A stretch of DNA of 64,000 nucleotides. Origin: Candidatus Kaiserbacteria bacterium RIFCSPHIGHO2_02_FULL_55_25. Its GTDB lineage: Bacteria; Patescibacteriota; Minisyncoccia; Phycocordibacterales; UBA2100. Location: NCBI GenBank assembly GCA_001781335.1, contig MFLL01000001.1:25626-89625 (forward strand), read 5' to 3'. Both the position numbers and the translations under genes were made by a program. Each line of letters begins with the position of its first letter. Within the stretch, counting starts at the first letter, position 1. Below, one piece after another: positions 8,986-17,403 of the stretch. The notes beneath the pieces are model-generated. The model was not told where the DNA came from. It ran no database searches and saw only the letters and a list, made by a program, of their open reading frames with translations.

Positions 8986-9492
8986 ATGGATCTTCCTGAG
9001 GAATTACGGCCGACAGATAAAATAGAAATTCAGCTTCCGGATAACACGACAGTAAGCCTCTCCACGTCACGTCCAAAATTTCTTGTTTGGAAAGGACGCC
9101 CTGTCGATTTCGATTATGGAAAGAAACCCATACTCAATTACAGAGGGGAAGCGTGTTTTGCCGAACTCGTGATTCTCCGTATCTTGCTTGATTACGGGTG
9201 GGACGGTGTATGGGTTGAAACCTACGGCGGCACTCATTATTTACGAAGCATGCCCCATGCTTGGACTTTAAAATCGGAACATGTATCAATTCCACAAGAC
9301 AAAGAAGATTTGTTGCAAAAGATATGGAAAACAGCCAAGACAACAACGTGTTTTGATGTTCTCGCATGGCACGGTGACCAGTTGATGTTTTTTGAGGCAA
9401 AGAGGAGAGGAAAAGACAAACCTACTTCTGCTCAAATACGATTTATCGAAGGAGCTTTGGCCTGCGGAGTGCCAGCAACATCATTACTATAA
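8986..9492 (+). CDS. VRR-NUC-like PD-(D/E)xK nuclease domain protein carried on a low-GC gene.
   Basis: The motif FDVLAW...FFEAKRRG gives the D...ExK signature, and the C-terminal SAQIRFIEGALACGVP resembles the VRR-NUC tail. The nucleotide composition is visibly more AT-rich than the flanking genes. Confidence 0.5.
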   Translation: MDLPEELRPTDKIEIQLPDNTTVSLSTSRPKFLVWKGRPVDFDYGKKPILNYRGEACFAELVILRILLDYGWDGVWVETYGGTHYLRSMPHAWTLKSEHVSIPQDKEDLLQKIWKTAKTTTCFDVLAWHGDQLMFFEAKRRGKDKPTSAQIRFIEGALACGVPATSLL

Positions 9493-9542
9493 TTGTCGAA
9501 TGGACTCCGATGGATTCTGGAGGTTAAACTTCCGCGAAAACC

Positions 9543-10289
9543 TATAGAGGCGACGCCTCGATATACGTGAATTTTACAGCGGAAGGTCGGCATAATATTC
9601 GGCGGCCCCGATAAGTGTGTCCCGTAGCGCAGGGCGTTTTTCGAACATGGACATGGCATCAGCGTCGAGGATCGAGTTCTCCGGCCTCTTTGCCCCTTCG
9701 TAATCCGGCAGGCTACTGTATCGATATGTTTTGAGCTTTTGTTCCAATGATCCTATGTTCCTTACATATCCCGATTTCCATTCTCGCTCGAATAGTTCAG
9801 CAGGATTGAGATGAATGTATTGCACGACATACTGCAGGTACGCATCGTCATCGATGCGTTTGGAACGAAATGGTTTGATAAATACGTTTCCAACATGCTG
9901 TCGCTTCACATTGAAGTACATACTGAAGCTCGTTCCAAGTTTTTGCATGAATGTACTGATTCCTCCGTCGGTAATCTCTTGCAGTAGCAGATGAAAGTGG
10001 TTGGGCATGAGGCAGTACGCACCAATGGAGACCAATGGATTGCCACGCGGCAGGGAAAGAAGGCGTTCGTGCGACGGGCTGTACATAGCTCCACGGCGAA
10101 TTGTACGATTGCCATTGCAAATGTAGAGCGCCTGCAAAAAACGTTCGTAATCCTGCTCGGTCTCGAACACCACATTTTTGTCGATACTGCGGGTATAGCA
10201 GTGGTACCACTCATTGAAAGCGAATTCTTCTCTGCGATATGCCATTTGGGTATAGTATCACCCAATATATAGAGGCGTCGCCTTGATAT
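9543..10289. mobile_element. IS200/IS605-like or RAYT-like element 1, bounded by inverted GC-stem hairpins at 9543-9564 and 10268-10289.
   Basis: The hairpins tatagaggcgacgcctcgatat and tatagaggcgtcgccttgatat are mutual reverse complements and each is near-palindromic. They enclose a single HUH Y1 gene. Confidence 0.7.
9574..10245 (-). CDS. tnpA: HUH-superfamily Y1 transposase-like protein (IS200/IS605 TnpA or RAYT-like), paralog 1.
   Basis: It carries the YCLMPNHFHLLL (HuH) motif and a downstream catalytic-Tyr region YVVQYIHLNP. It is paralogous to the ORFs at 36615-37319 and 56689-57381. Confidence 0.8.
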   Translation of the reverse strand: MAYRREEFAFNEWYHCYTRSIDKNVVFETEQDYERFLQALYICNGNRTIRRGAMYSPSHERLLSLPRGNPLVSIGAYCLMPNHFHLLLQEITDGGISTFMQKLGTSFSMYFNVKRQHVGNVFIKPFRSKRIDDDAYLQYVVQYIHLNPAELFEREWKSGYVRNIGSLEQKLKTYRYSSLPDYEGAKRPENSILDADAMSMFEKRPALRDTLIGAAEYYADLPL

Positions 10290-10325
10290 GTGAGGATTTC
10301 CTGTGTTTTGATACAATGCTCAATG

Positions 10326-10769
10326 ATGAAAGTAATACTGTTGAAAGATGTGAAGGGGGTGGGGCAGAGGGGAAAGATTGTCGAGGTCAAGGACGGATAC
10401 GCGTATAATTTCCTGATTCCGCACAAAGCGGCCGAGCAGGCGACGCCCGAGAAAATTGCGGCTCACGACGCCAAAGAGAAACAGGAAGCCACTCTCCATG
10501 AACAGCAAAATACGGCACTCAAAATGGCGGTACAAAGTCTCAACGGGAAGACACTCACCGTGTTTGCACGCGCAACCGAGAAAGGCGGGCTTTTTAAGTC
10601 ATTAACGACATCCGATGTCGTTAAGGCAATTCTAGATCAGCTCAATATTCAGATACCAGAGACTACCGTCGAGCTCGAGAAGCCCATCAAGCAGACAGGC
10701 GAACACGCTATAAAGATAAAAACCGCGGATGTCGCGGCCTCTATCGTACTTTCTGTACAATCGGTTTAG
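10326..10769 (+). CDS. rplI: 50S ribosomal protein L9.
   Basis: The product begins MKVILLKDVKGVGQRGKIVEVKDGYAYNFLIP. A -10 box TACAAT at 10312-10317 sits immediately upstream. ATGs are present at 10323 and 10326. Confidence 0.9.
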   Translation: MKVILLKDVKGVGQRGKIVEVKDGYAYNFLIPHKAAEQATPEKIAAHDAKEKQEATLHEQQNTALKMAVQSLNGKTLTVFARATEKGGLFKSLTTSDVVKAILDQLNIQIPETTVELEKPIKQTGEHAIKIKTADVAASIVLSVQSV

Positions 10770-10776
10770 TTCCTGT

Positions 10777-11049
10777 TTAAACGATGTCGACAATGCGGCG
10801 TACCACCGTGCGGCCATCGAAATTGGTCTTGCGCTTTGAGCGAAACTTCACGGCGCCGGTCGTCATCGAGAAAAGAGTGTGGTCCTTGCCGATACCGACG
10901 TTTTTGCCGGCCATAATGGCTGTGCCGCGCTGGCGAACGATGATGTCGCCCGTTGCGACCTTTTGGCCGTCCGCGCGCTTAACGCCGAGGTACTTCGGAT
11001 TTGAGTCGCGTAGGTTTTTGGCTGAGCCGCCTGCTTTTGTATGTGCCAT
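10777..11049 (-). CDS. rpmA: 50S ribosomal protein L27.
   Basis: The product begins [24 protein letters not shown]. Confidence 0.93.
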   Translation of the reverse strand: MAHTKAGGSAKNLRDSNPKYLGVKRADGQKVATGDIIVRQRGTAIMAGKNVGIGKDHTLFSMTTGAVKFRSKRKTNFDGRTVVRRIVDIV

Positions 11050-11108
11050 AAAGATTAGGGACTAGGGAATAGGTGCTAGGGACTAGGAAATACAGTAAAA
11101 TTCGATGC

Positions 11109-11474
11109 ATGAGGAATATACAGGAATACTGGCAGAAAATCAAGGGTTTTCTGGACGCCGGAATAGGGGATTGGGGGCTCGTAGCCATTATATTCCTCAC
11201 AGCCCTCGGTTCCTTCGGTCTGGGGCGCCTTTCGGCCCTTGTAGAGGCTCGTCCGCCTGTACCGCTGACGATGAGTCCGGAGAAAAGCTCTCCTGCCGCC
11301 CTTGCGATGGGTGGGCTCGTGGTGGCGGCGTGGTCGGGGACGGTCTACTACTATCCATGGTGCAGTGGGGCAGGGAATATCGCCCTGCAGAATCAGCGCT
11401 GGTTTACCGACGAAAAAAGCGCTCAAGCCGCCGGCTACCGGCCCGCAAAGAACTGCAAAGGACTTGCGCAGTAA
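11109..11474 (+). CDS. Small membrane-anchored hypothetical protein with a Cys-containing C-terminal motif.
   Basis: It has one N-terminal TM helix. The C-terminus YYYPWCSGAGNIALQNQRWF...AGYRPAKNCKG resembles small metal-binding extracytoplasmic domains, but I did not recognise the family with confidence. Confidence 0.45.
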   Translation: MRNIQEYWQKIKGFLDAGIGDWGLVAIIFLTALGSFGLGRLSALVEARPPVPLTMSPEKSSPAALAMGGLVVAAWSGTVYYYPWCSGAGNIALQNQRWFTDEKSAQAAGYRPAKNCKGLAQ

Positions 11475-11478
11475 TCGT

Positions 11479-12087
11479 ATGATACTCACACAAAGCAATG
11501 AAGAGGTTCTCGAGGAAATGAAGCGTATACGGAAGTTGTATGCGCTCAAGAGCGTGATGCGTTACAAGACCGACCGGAATCGTACTGTCCACTCGGAGTC
11601 GGTTGCCGAGCATTTGTACGGCATGCAAATCATCTCGACGTACTTTCTGCCCCTCGAAGACGCAAATCGCCGGCTCAACTGGCCGCATGTTGCGGAGCTG
11701 ATACTTTTTCACGAAATAGGGGAGATAGAGACAGGCGATATTCTGTTTTTCCAGAAGCGCGACGCAGACAAAGAAGAGGAGCGTAGGGCCGCAAGGCGTG
11801 TCGCTGACGAATTGCCGCAATCCTTGCAAGCGCTGGCGTATGAGCGATTTATTGAATTCGACGCATGCGATACCCCCGAAGCGAAATTTGCCGATGCTGT
11901 GGACAAGATAGAGCCTATCTTTGAGTTACTCGACGACGTCAATGTGCAATCGTTCAAACGCTTGGGGTTGAGGAAAGACATTGCGACAAACGGTAAGAGA
12001 CTTGCGACCAAGCCGTATCCCTACATGCGGCGCTTCCTAGATGCGTGGACGGAGCACATGGTTTCAATTGAAGGGTTTGCCGTGTAA
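11479..12087 (+). CDS. HD-domain phosphohydrolase (YfbR-like 5'-deoxynucleotidase family).
   Basis: The H...HD...E.E.GD arrangement is present (SVAEHLYGMQ, LFHEIGEIETGD). The ATG at 11479 lies 4 nt after the upstream stop. Confidence 0.78.
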   Translation: MILTQSNEEVLEEMKRIRKLYALKSVMRYKTDRNRTVHSESVAEHLYGMQIISTYFLPLEDANRRLNWPHVAELILFHEIGEIETGDILFFQKRDADKEEERRAARRVADELPQSLQALAYERFIEFDACDTPEAKFADAVDKIEPIFELLDDVNVQSFKRLGLRKDIATNGKRLATKPYPYMRRFLDAWTEHMVSIEGFAV

Positions 12088-12184
12088 GCACTATAAAGTG
12101 CTTTCGGGCTCCTCGGCTCGGCAATCCCAAAGCTAACTGTCCTTTGGCATTGCGCTCGCCCTACGTCGCCCGTAAAATAGCCCA

Positions 12185-12778
12185 ATGATAGTACTAGACG
12201 TTGAAGCAACGGGGACAGAGCCGGCCAAACACTCCATAGTGAGTATCGGCGCACTCGACTTGGCGAACCCCGCCAACCGTTTCTATATGGAATGCCGCGC
12301 GTGGGACGGTGCGCACATTATGGACGAGGCGCTCGAGGTCAACGGCTTCAGCAGGGAACAGGTGACAGACCAGTCAAAGCCAACCGAGGCCGACCTTACG
12401 CACGCATTCAAAGCTTGGAGCGAAGGTGTGGAAGAGCGGACATTTGCCGGACAGAATGTTTCGTTCGACCGCGATTTCCTCCGCGCAGCCGCCGAGCGGG
12501 CAGGGCACACAGACTGGCCGTTTGCTCACCGCACGCTCGATACGCATACGATGTGTTTTATGCACATGGTAGAGCGGGGGATTCAGCCGCCTGTTGTTCA
12601 CAAACGCTCTGCCCTGAATCTCGACGCCGTTCTCAACTACTGCGGCATTCCCGAAGAACCGTCTCCGCACAACGCGCTTACCGGCGCGCTCTGTCACGCA
12701 GAGGTGATTGCGCGCCTCTTGTACGGACGCAAACTTTTGCCTGAATTTGCGCAATTCGAGATTCCTTGGAAAAAGTGA
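12185..12778 (+). CDS. DEDDh-family 3'-5' exonuclease (DnaQ-like, standalone).
   Basis: Exo I is VLDVEATG, Exo II is FDRDFL, and Exo III is HNALTGALCHAEV. A TAAAAT box at 12173-12178 sits 6 nt before the ATG. Confidence 0.75.
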   Translation: MIVLDVEATGTEPAKHSIVSIGALDLANPANRFYMECRAWDGAHIMDEALEVNGFSREQVTDQSKPTEADLTHAFKAWSEGVEERTFAGQNVSFDRDFLRAAAERAGHTDWPFAHRTLDTHTMCFMHMVERGIQPPVVHKRSALNLDAVLNYCGIPEEPSPHNALTGALCHAEVIARLLYGRKLLPEFAQFEIPWKK

Positions 12779-13217
12779 GTCCCCCATCAAAAATAGGGAA
12801 GAGGGCGCTCCGATAATGTGGTGCATTTTTTGCATATTAAAAAGACGCTACGCGCAGCCGGAAAATATCTGCGAGACCGGAAGCGGAGGGGAGAGCGAGA
12901 TTCTGCATCCGGCGCCTCTTCATGGTATTGACCGGCTCGTGGTCTAATCTAGGTTATCCTAACGTCGCACAATATATCTTTTCCGACGTAAAACCCTAGA
13001 TAAAGCCACAGCAAATAAGGCGCCGTGCTCCGGCTCTGCATCAACCTGCGTCTTCCTCTGCTCCCATGTCTCCTGCAGGCGCATAGAGGCTCAAAATGCC
13101 CTCGGTAGGCATTTCTGCGAATCGGGCTTCCCCGGAACAATAAATGAAGCATGTTTTGGCATTTGACCCAAATACAAAGAAAATTGAATTCTGTGAAAAG
13201 GGGCATATACTGCATAA

Positions 13218-13625
13218 ATGCGCAATCCCTCAGAAATACAGGCCTTTGATGGCAATGATGAAATAATTCATACTCAAGAATATTTGATTTTTGGTAACGC
13301 GCTGACCATTAGGTTTTTTAACTGGAAATTTGAATTTGAGTTTATAAATGACCCGAATAACACGGTGCGCTACGATTCTTCGAAAATTGAAGAAAATGGA
13401 GTGGTTATCGGTGCACATTTTCGCGTATTTAATTTTTTAAAGAACGTTGGCGCTGCGACGCTCAGTAAGGGTCGTATTGTCGAGGACATCGTCTATCACG
13501 GAGAGCGACGTGATCCGAATGCTGTCAAAGACATTTACTTTGCTCTCAAGACAACGGGGAGATATGGGGAGAACGGTCCCGCAGCAATTACTGTCACGTT
13601 TTATTCTAGGGTGCGCGCTACATAA
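13218..13625 (+). CDS. Hypothetical protein in the AT-rich islet.
   Basis: A 135-aa ORF in a visibly lower-GC stretch. No family recognised. Confidence 0.3.
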   Translation: MRNPSEIQAFDGNDEIIHTQEYLIFGNALTIRFFNWKFEFEFINDPNNTVRYDSSKIEENGVVIGAHFRVFNFLKNVGAATLSKGRIVEDIVYHGERRDPNAVKDIYFALKTTGRYGENGPAAITVTFYSRVRAT

Positions 13626-13670
13626 TCTATGCCTGGTCAAAGCGCACAACCATCGGGCCCCGGCGACTCA

Positions 13671-13958
13671 ATGCACGAGACGGTTAAGCAGCATTCCGCG
13701 CATTTGGAGAAACTAGATCAAGTTATGCTAGCCGTTGTCGTTGTGCTTTTGGTAATGGTGGGAACACTCGTAATAACCGTTTTTATCGATTGGAAGAATT
13801 CTTATGAGAGATTGTCAGATAAAATTGACTCTATACAGAATCAAGGCAATTCTTTGAAAACACAGATTACGAACACAGAAAAGCCAATATCTTTAGTGCC
13901 GGTTGAAGGCTGGGAGGTTTGGGGCTCTGATCAATATTTCATAGTCCAGAGAAATTGA
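13671..13958 (+). CDS. Hypothetical single-pass membrane protein in the AT-rich islet.
   Basis: A TM helix MLAVVVVLLVMVGTLVITVF is present. The ORF could start at 13629 or at an internal Met at 13671. Confidence 0.3.
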   Translation: MHETVKQHSAHLEKLDQVMLAVVVVLLVMVGTLVITVFIDWKNSYERLSDKIDSIQNQGNSLKTQITNTEKPISLVPVEGWEVWGSDQYFIVQRN

Positions 13959-14125
13959 AGTCAGAGCTTTTTCTTTGGTATACTTAGTTTTTAGCCGGCA
14001 CTGAACACGCCGTTCTGTGCCGGACCCCAGTTCGACAACCTGTTTGCCCCGATACCTAACTTCGACAATTTTATTGTCGCAGAATGGTCTTCGGGGCTGT
14101 TCTTTTGAGGGTCTATAATCCACTT

Positions 14126-14782
14126 ATGTACCGAGAACGTCTCAAGGCGCTACTCACTCCCGCTGAGAGGAAGATTTTTGTGCGGCTGACTTCCCCGCAG
14201 AAAATTCAAAATTTTCTCGATACCCTTCCCATCAACTTCGAACTAAAGGGCGAGACGTACATGTCGCCGCGACGAGTGTTGCGCGCAAAAACTGCGCACT
14301 GTTTCGAAGGTGCGCTCTTTGCTGCGGCGGTGCTCGCGTATCACGCCCATATGCCGCTCCTGATGGACATTCAAACGATTCCAGCCGATGAGGACCACGT
14401 TATAGCGCTGTTCCGGCAAAACGGCCGCTGGGGTTCGATAAGCAAGACGAATCACACAATATTGCGGTATCGCGACCCCGTGTATGCCTCGCCGCGCGAA
14501 CTTGCGATGTCGTATTTCCACGAGTACATCATGAATAGCGGGCGACGCTCCATGCTCGCCTTCTCCGCCCCGTTTGATTTGAGTCGATATGCACCCGAGC
14601 GTTGGGTCACTGCGCCGGAAGAGCTTGACTGGCTTGTCGAAGCGCTCGACAACTCCCGCCACTTCCCTATCGCGCCGAAGAAAAATCTGCGGCTGATCCG
14701 CAAGGCTACGCCGGTTGAACGACAGGCGCTCAACATTACCGAATGGCATCCGCGCGGCACAAAAACACGTCACGGAAAGTAG
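14126..14782 (+). CDS. Hypothetical protein, possibly a transglutaminase-like cysteine peptidase-fold protein.
   Basis: The order Cys (TAHCFEGALF) ... His (DEDHVIALF) ... Asp matches the transglutaminase-like core. TATAAT at 14114-14119 sits 6 nt before the ATG, which suggests a leaderless start. Confidence 0.45.
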   Translation: MYRERLKALLTPAERKIFVRLTSPQKIQNFLDTLPINFELKGETYMSPRRVLRAKTAHCFEGALFAAAVLAYHAHMPLLMDIQTIPADEDHVIALFRQNGRWGSISKTNHTILRYRDPVYASPRELAMSYFHEYIMNSGRRSMLAFSAPFDLSRYAPERWVTAPEELDWLVEALDNSRHFPIAPKKNLRLIRKATPVERQALNITEWHPRGTKTRHGK

Positions 14783-14842
14783 CGAGGGACAAAATTACCG
14801 CACGCGGTGATTTTACCCGAGCGACCTTTTCGAAAGCTTCGC

Positions 14843-16099
14843 TTACGGCAAATAATTCACCGGATTGACATAGCCGTTGAACGGCGACACAGGCACTTTG
14901 ACGCTCTTGCCATTGTTGCATTTGTAATTAATGAAGCTCACCGCGGAGGAGACGTATACGGTGAAGTGAAGGTGCGGGCCGGTCGCATAGCCGGTATTGC
15001 CGCTGTATCCGATTAACTGACCGGTGGACACGCTTTGACCTTGGACTACATTGACTCCGGAGAGATGTGCGTACAGTGTCGTGAGTCCGTTGTTGTGCCT
15101 GATGAGAACCCATTTTCCATATTGACAGTTTGGTGCGGTTCCCAGGTTGGTTTCCTGTACCACACCATCAAGCGCGGCATACGTGGGAGTGCCGATGCTC
15201 GCCCGCATATCAATGCCGTTGTGACCCTTGCCTTTGTATGCTGCCGTCCGCGCAAACGCCGTGTCGCCGAAATATTGCGTTACGTGCACAGAGGTCAGTG
15301 GCCATCGCAGGACACCTTTCCCCTGCGACGGTATGGAGGAAATGTCGGCCGACTGCAGCTTGGCCTGCAGTTCCCGCAACGTGTCTTCAAAATCCTGTTT
15401 TGCGGCAACTTTCTCCGCGATAATCTTCTGATAGTTGCTTTCCTGATTTTTGGTCTGCGCAAGGAGGTCGCTTTGCGCTTTTTTTGTCGCATTGAGCGAA
15501 CCCTGCTGGGTGGTGAGTGTGCGCTGTTGGGCAAGTAATTGCGCGCGTTTCGCTTCCGCAGTGGTTTTATTGCTCGTCAGTGTCTGCTTATCCGCGGCGA
15601 GCCGGACGATGGTCGCCTGCATGGCGCCTTGCAGCGCTGCAATCGAGTCGATGTCCTGCCACAGATCCGAAATCGTCCCGGCCGCAAGAAGAGTGATGGA
15701 GAGCGGCGTTTGTTCGATGGCGTCAAGACTGCGGAGCGATTCGGCAAGCCCCGCCCGTTCATCGTCTATGGTGGCTTGCTTCGTGGCGATGCCTTGCGAA
15801 AGTTGCTGAATCTGGAGTTGCGTCGTGTTTATCTGGCTTTTTGTAACAGTAATCTTTGCGGTCAACTGTTTGTTTTGGAGGGTTAATTGGTTAACCGTGT
15901 TTTGCAAGGTGCTTTTTTGCTTCGTGGTGGAGTCGAGCTGTGCCTGATAATTGGCAATCTCGTTATCGAGTTGCTGTATCTGTGCGTTGTTGTCGTCTAT
16001 CTGTTTTTGCAGCTCGTCGGCGGTTTGTGCCGCGGCGGGCGCCGGAAGAATGGTAAAAACACAAACTAGCGCGAGTACTGACAACTTCCCCGTTCTCAT
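14843..16099 (-). CDS. M23 family metallopeptidase with an N-terminal signal peptide and a long coiled coil (EnvC-like murein hydrolase activator or endopeptidase).
   Basis: A signal peptide MRTGKLSVLALVCVF is followed by Q/L-rich heptad repeats. The C-terminus has HNGIDMRA and GNTGYATGPHLHFTVY. The start overlaps the gltX stop in an ATGA arrangement. Confidence 0.85.
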   Translation of the reverse strand: MRTGKLSVLALVCVFTILPAPAAAQTADELQKQIDDNNAQIQQLDNEIANYQAQLDSTTKQKSTLQNTVNQLTLQNKQLTAKITVTKSQINTTQLQIQQLSQGIATKQATIDDERAGLAESLRSLDAIEQTPLSITLLAAGTISDLWQDIDSIAALQGAMQATIVRLAADKQTLTSNKTTAEAKRAQLLAQQRTLTTQQGSLNATKKAQSDLLAQTKNQESNYQKIIAEKVAAKQDFEDTLRELQAKLQSADISSIPSQGKGVLRWPLTSVHVTQYFGDTAFARTAAYKGKGHNGIDMRASIGTPTYAALDGVVQETNLGTAPNCQYGKWVLIRHNNGLTTLYAHLSGVNVVQGQSVSTGQLIGYSGNTGYATGPHLHFTVYVSSAVSFINYKCNNGKSVKVPVSPFNGYVNPVNYLP

Positions 16100-17403
16100 A
16101 GAAGTCCTGCAGCCTTGGTGATGCGTTGAAGCGTGCGCTCTTTGCCGATGAGAGACGCAATGACGAACGGGTCGGGGGATTTCTCGCGGCCGGAAAGCGC
16201 GACACGCAGGGGCCAAAGCACAGCCCCTCTTCCCTCTTCTGTGGCATACGGGAAAATTACGTTTTTTATTTCTTCAGACGTGAACTGTTCGCCGGACAAT
16301 CCTTCCAGCAATTTTGCGACAGCCGTCAAATGCTGCTTCGCGGCAGGCGCATCAGTTTTTGCCCCCTTGATGAGTAATGCGGGTTCATACGAGATATCCT
16401 GCGACATAAATTGAAACTCACCGTTTTTAATGAGTTCGGCGGCTTCTCCGAATGTCCGTGCACGCTCTTTGATGAGAGCGACCGGGAGTTCACCCAAGTC
16501 GGTACCGGCGAACTCTTGATACCGGCGCGCGTATTCATCGTCGGAAAGTGTCCGCAAGTGCTCGTGATTTATCCAAAGCATTTTTTCCAGATCAAACACC
16601 GCGCCGTGTTTGTGAACACGCTCGATGGTAAATGCTTTGATGAGCTCTTTGAACGTAAAAATCTCCTGCTCGGTCCCCGGATTCCAGCCGAGAAGCGCCA
16701 AATAGTTCACGAACGCCTCCGGCAGGAAACCCTGCAAGCGGTATTCGTTGACTGACACGGCCCCGTGCCTCTTGGAAAGTTTCGAGCGGTCGGGCGCGAG
16801 GATGAGTGGTATGTGGGCGTAAATAGGTCTCCCGTAACCGAGCGCTTCGAGAATGAGGATTTGCCGCGGCGTATTGGAAATGTGGTCCTCGCCGCGAATG
16901 ACGTGCGTAACGCCCATTTCATGGTCATCTACGACGACCGCGAGATGGTAGAGCGGAGCGTCGACTGATTTTGCTATGACAAAATCTTTCAAATCGGTAG
17001 TATCGAACGAAACTTCACCGCGTATGAGGTCGGTAAACGTCACACGCGTATTCGGATTCTTGAATCGTATGACCTTTTTGTCCGGATTGTCCGTCGTTGC
17101 CTCCGCTTCGTATGCGTGGCCGCTCTTCAGCAGTGTCTGTATGCAGTCGCTGTACACATCCGTACGCTCCGATTGTTTTGTGATTGCTTTTGCGTCGTAC
17201 GGAATTCCGAGCCACGTGAGGCCGTCCAAAATATCCTGCTCAAATTCGTCCTTGTTGCGTTCCTTGTCGGTGTCTTCGAAACGCAGGCGCATCTCGCCGC
17301 CCGCATGTGCGGCAAACAGGTAGTTGAACAATGCGGTGCGCGCACTCCCGATGTGGAAGTATCCTGTAGGTGATGGCGGAAATCTCGTAACTACTTTCGT
17401 CAT
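16096..17403 (-). CDS. gltX: Glutamyl-tRNA synthetase (short, 435 aa).
   Basis: HIGS, TGYFHIGSARTA and KLSKRHG motifs are present. Confidence 0.92.
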   Translation of the reverse strand: MTKVVTRFPPSPTGYFHIGSARTALFNYLFAAHAGGEMRLRFEDTDKERNKDEFEQDILDGLTWLGIPYDAKAITKQSERTDVYSDCIQTLLKSGHAYEAEATTDNPDKKVIRFKNPNTRVTFTDLIRGEVSFDTTDLKDFVIAKSVDAPLYHLAVVVDDHEMGVTHVIRGEDHISNTPRQILILEALGYGRPIYAHIPLILAPDRSKLSKRHGAVSVNEYRLQGFLPEAFVNYLALLGWNPGTEQEIFTFKELIKAFTIERVHKHGAVFDLEKMLWINHEHLRTLSDDEYARRYQEFAGTDLGELPVALIKERARTFGEAAELIKNGEFQFMSQDISYEPALLIKGAKTDAPAAKQHLTAVAKLLEGLSGEQFTSEEIKNVIFPYATEEGRGAVLWPLRVALSGREKSPDPFVIASLIGKERTLQRITKAAGLL

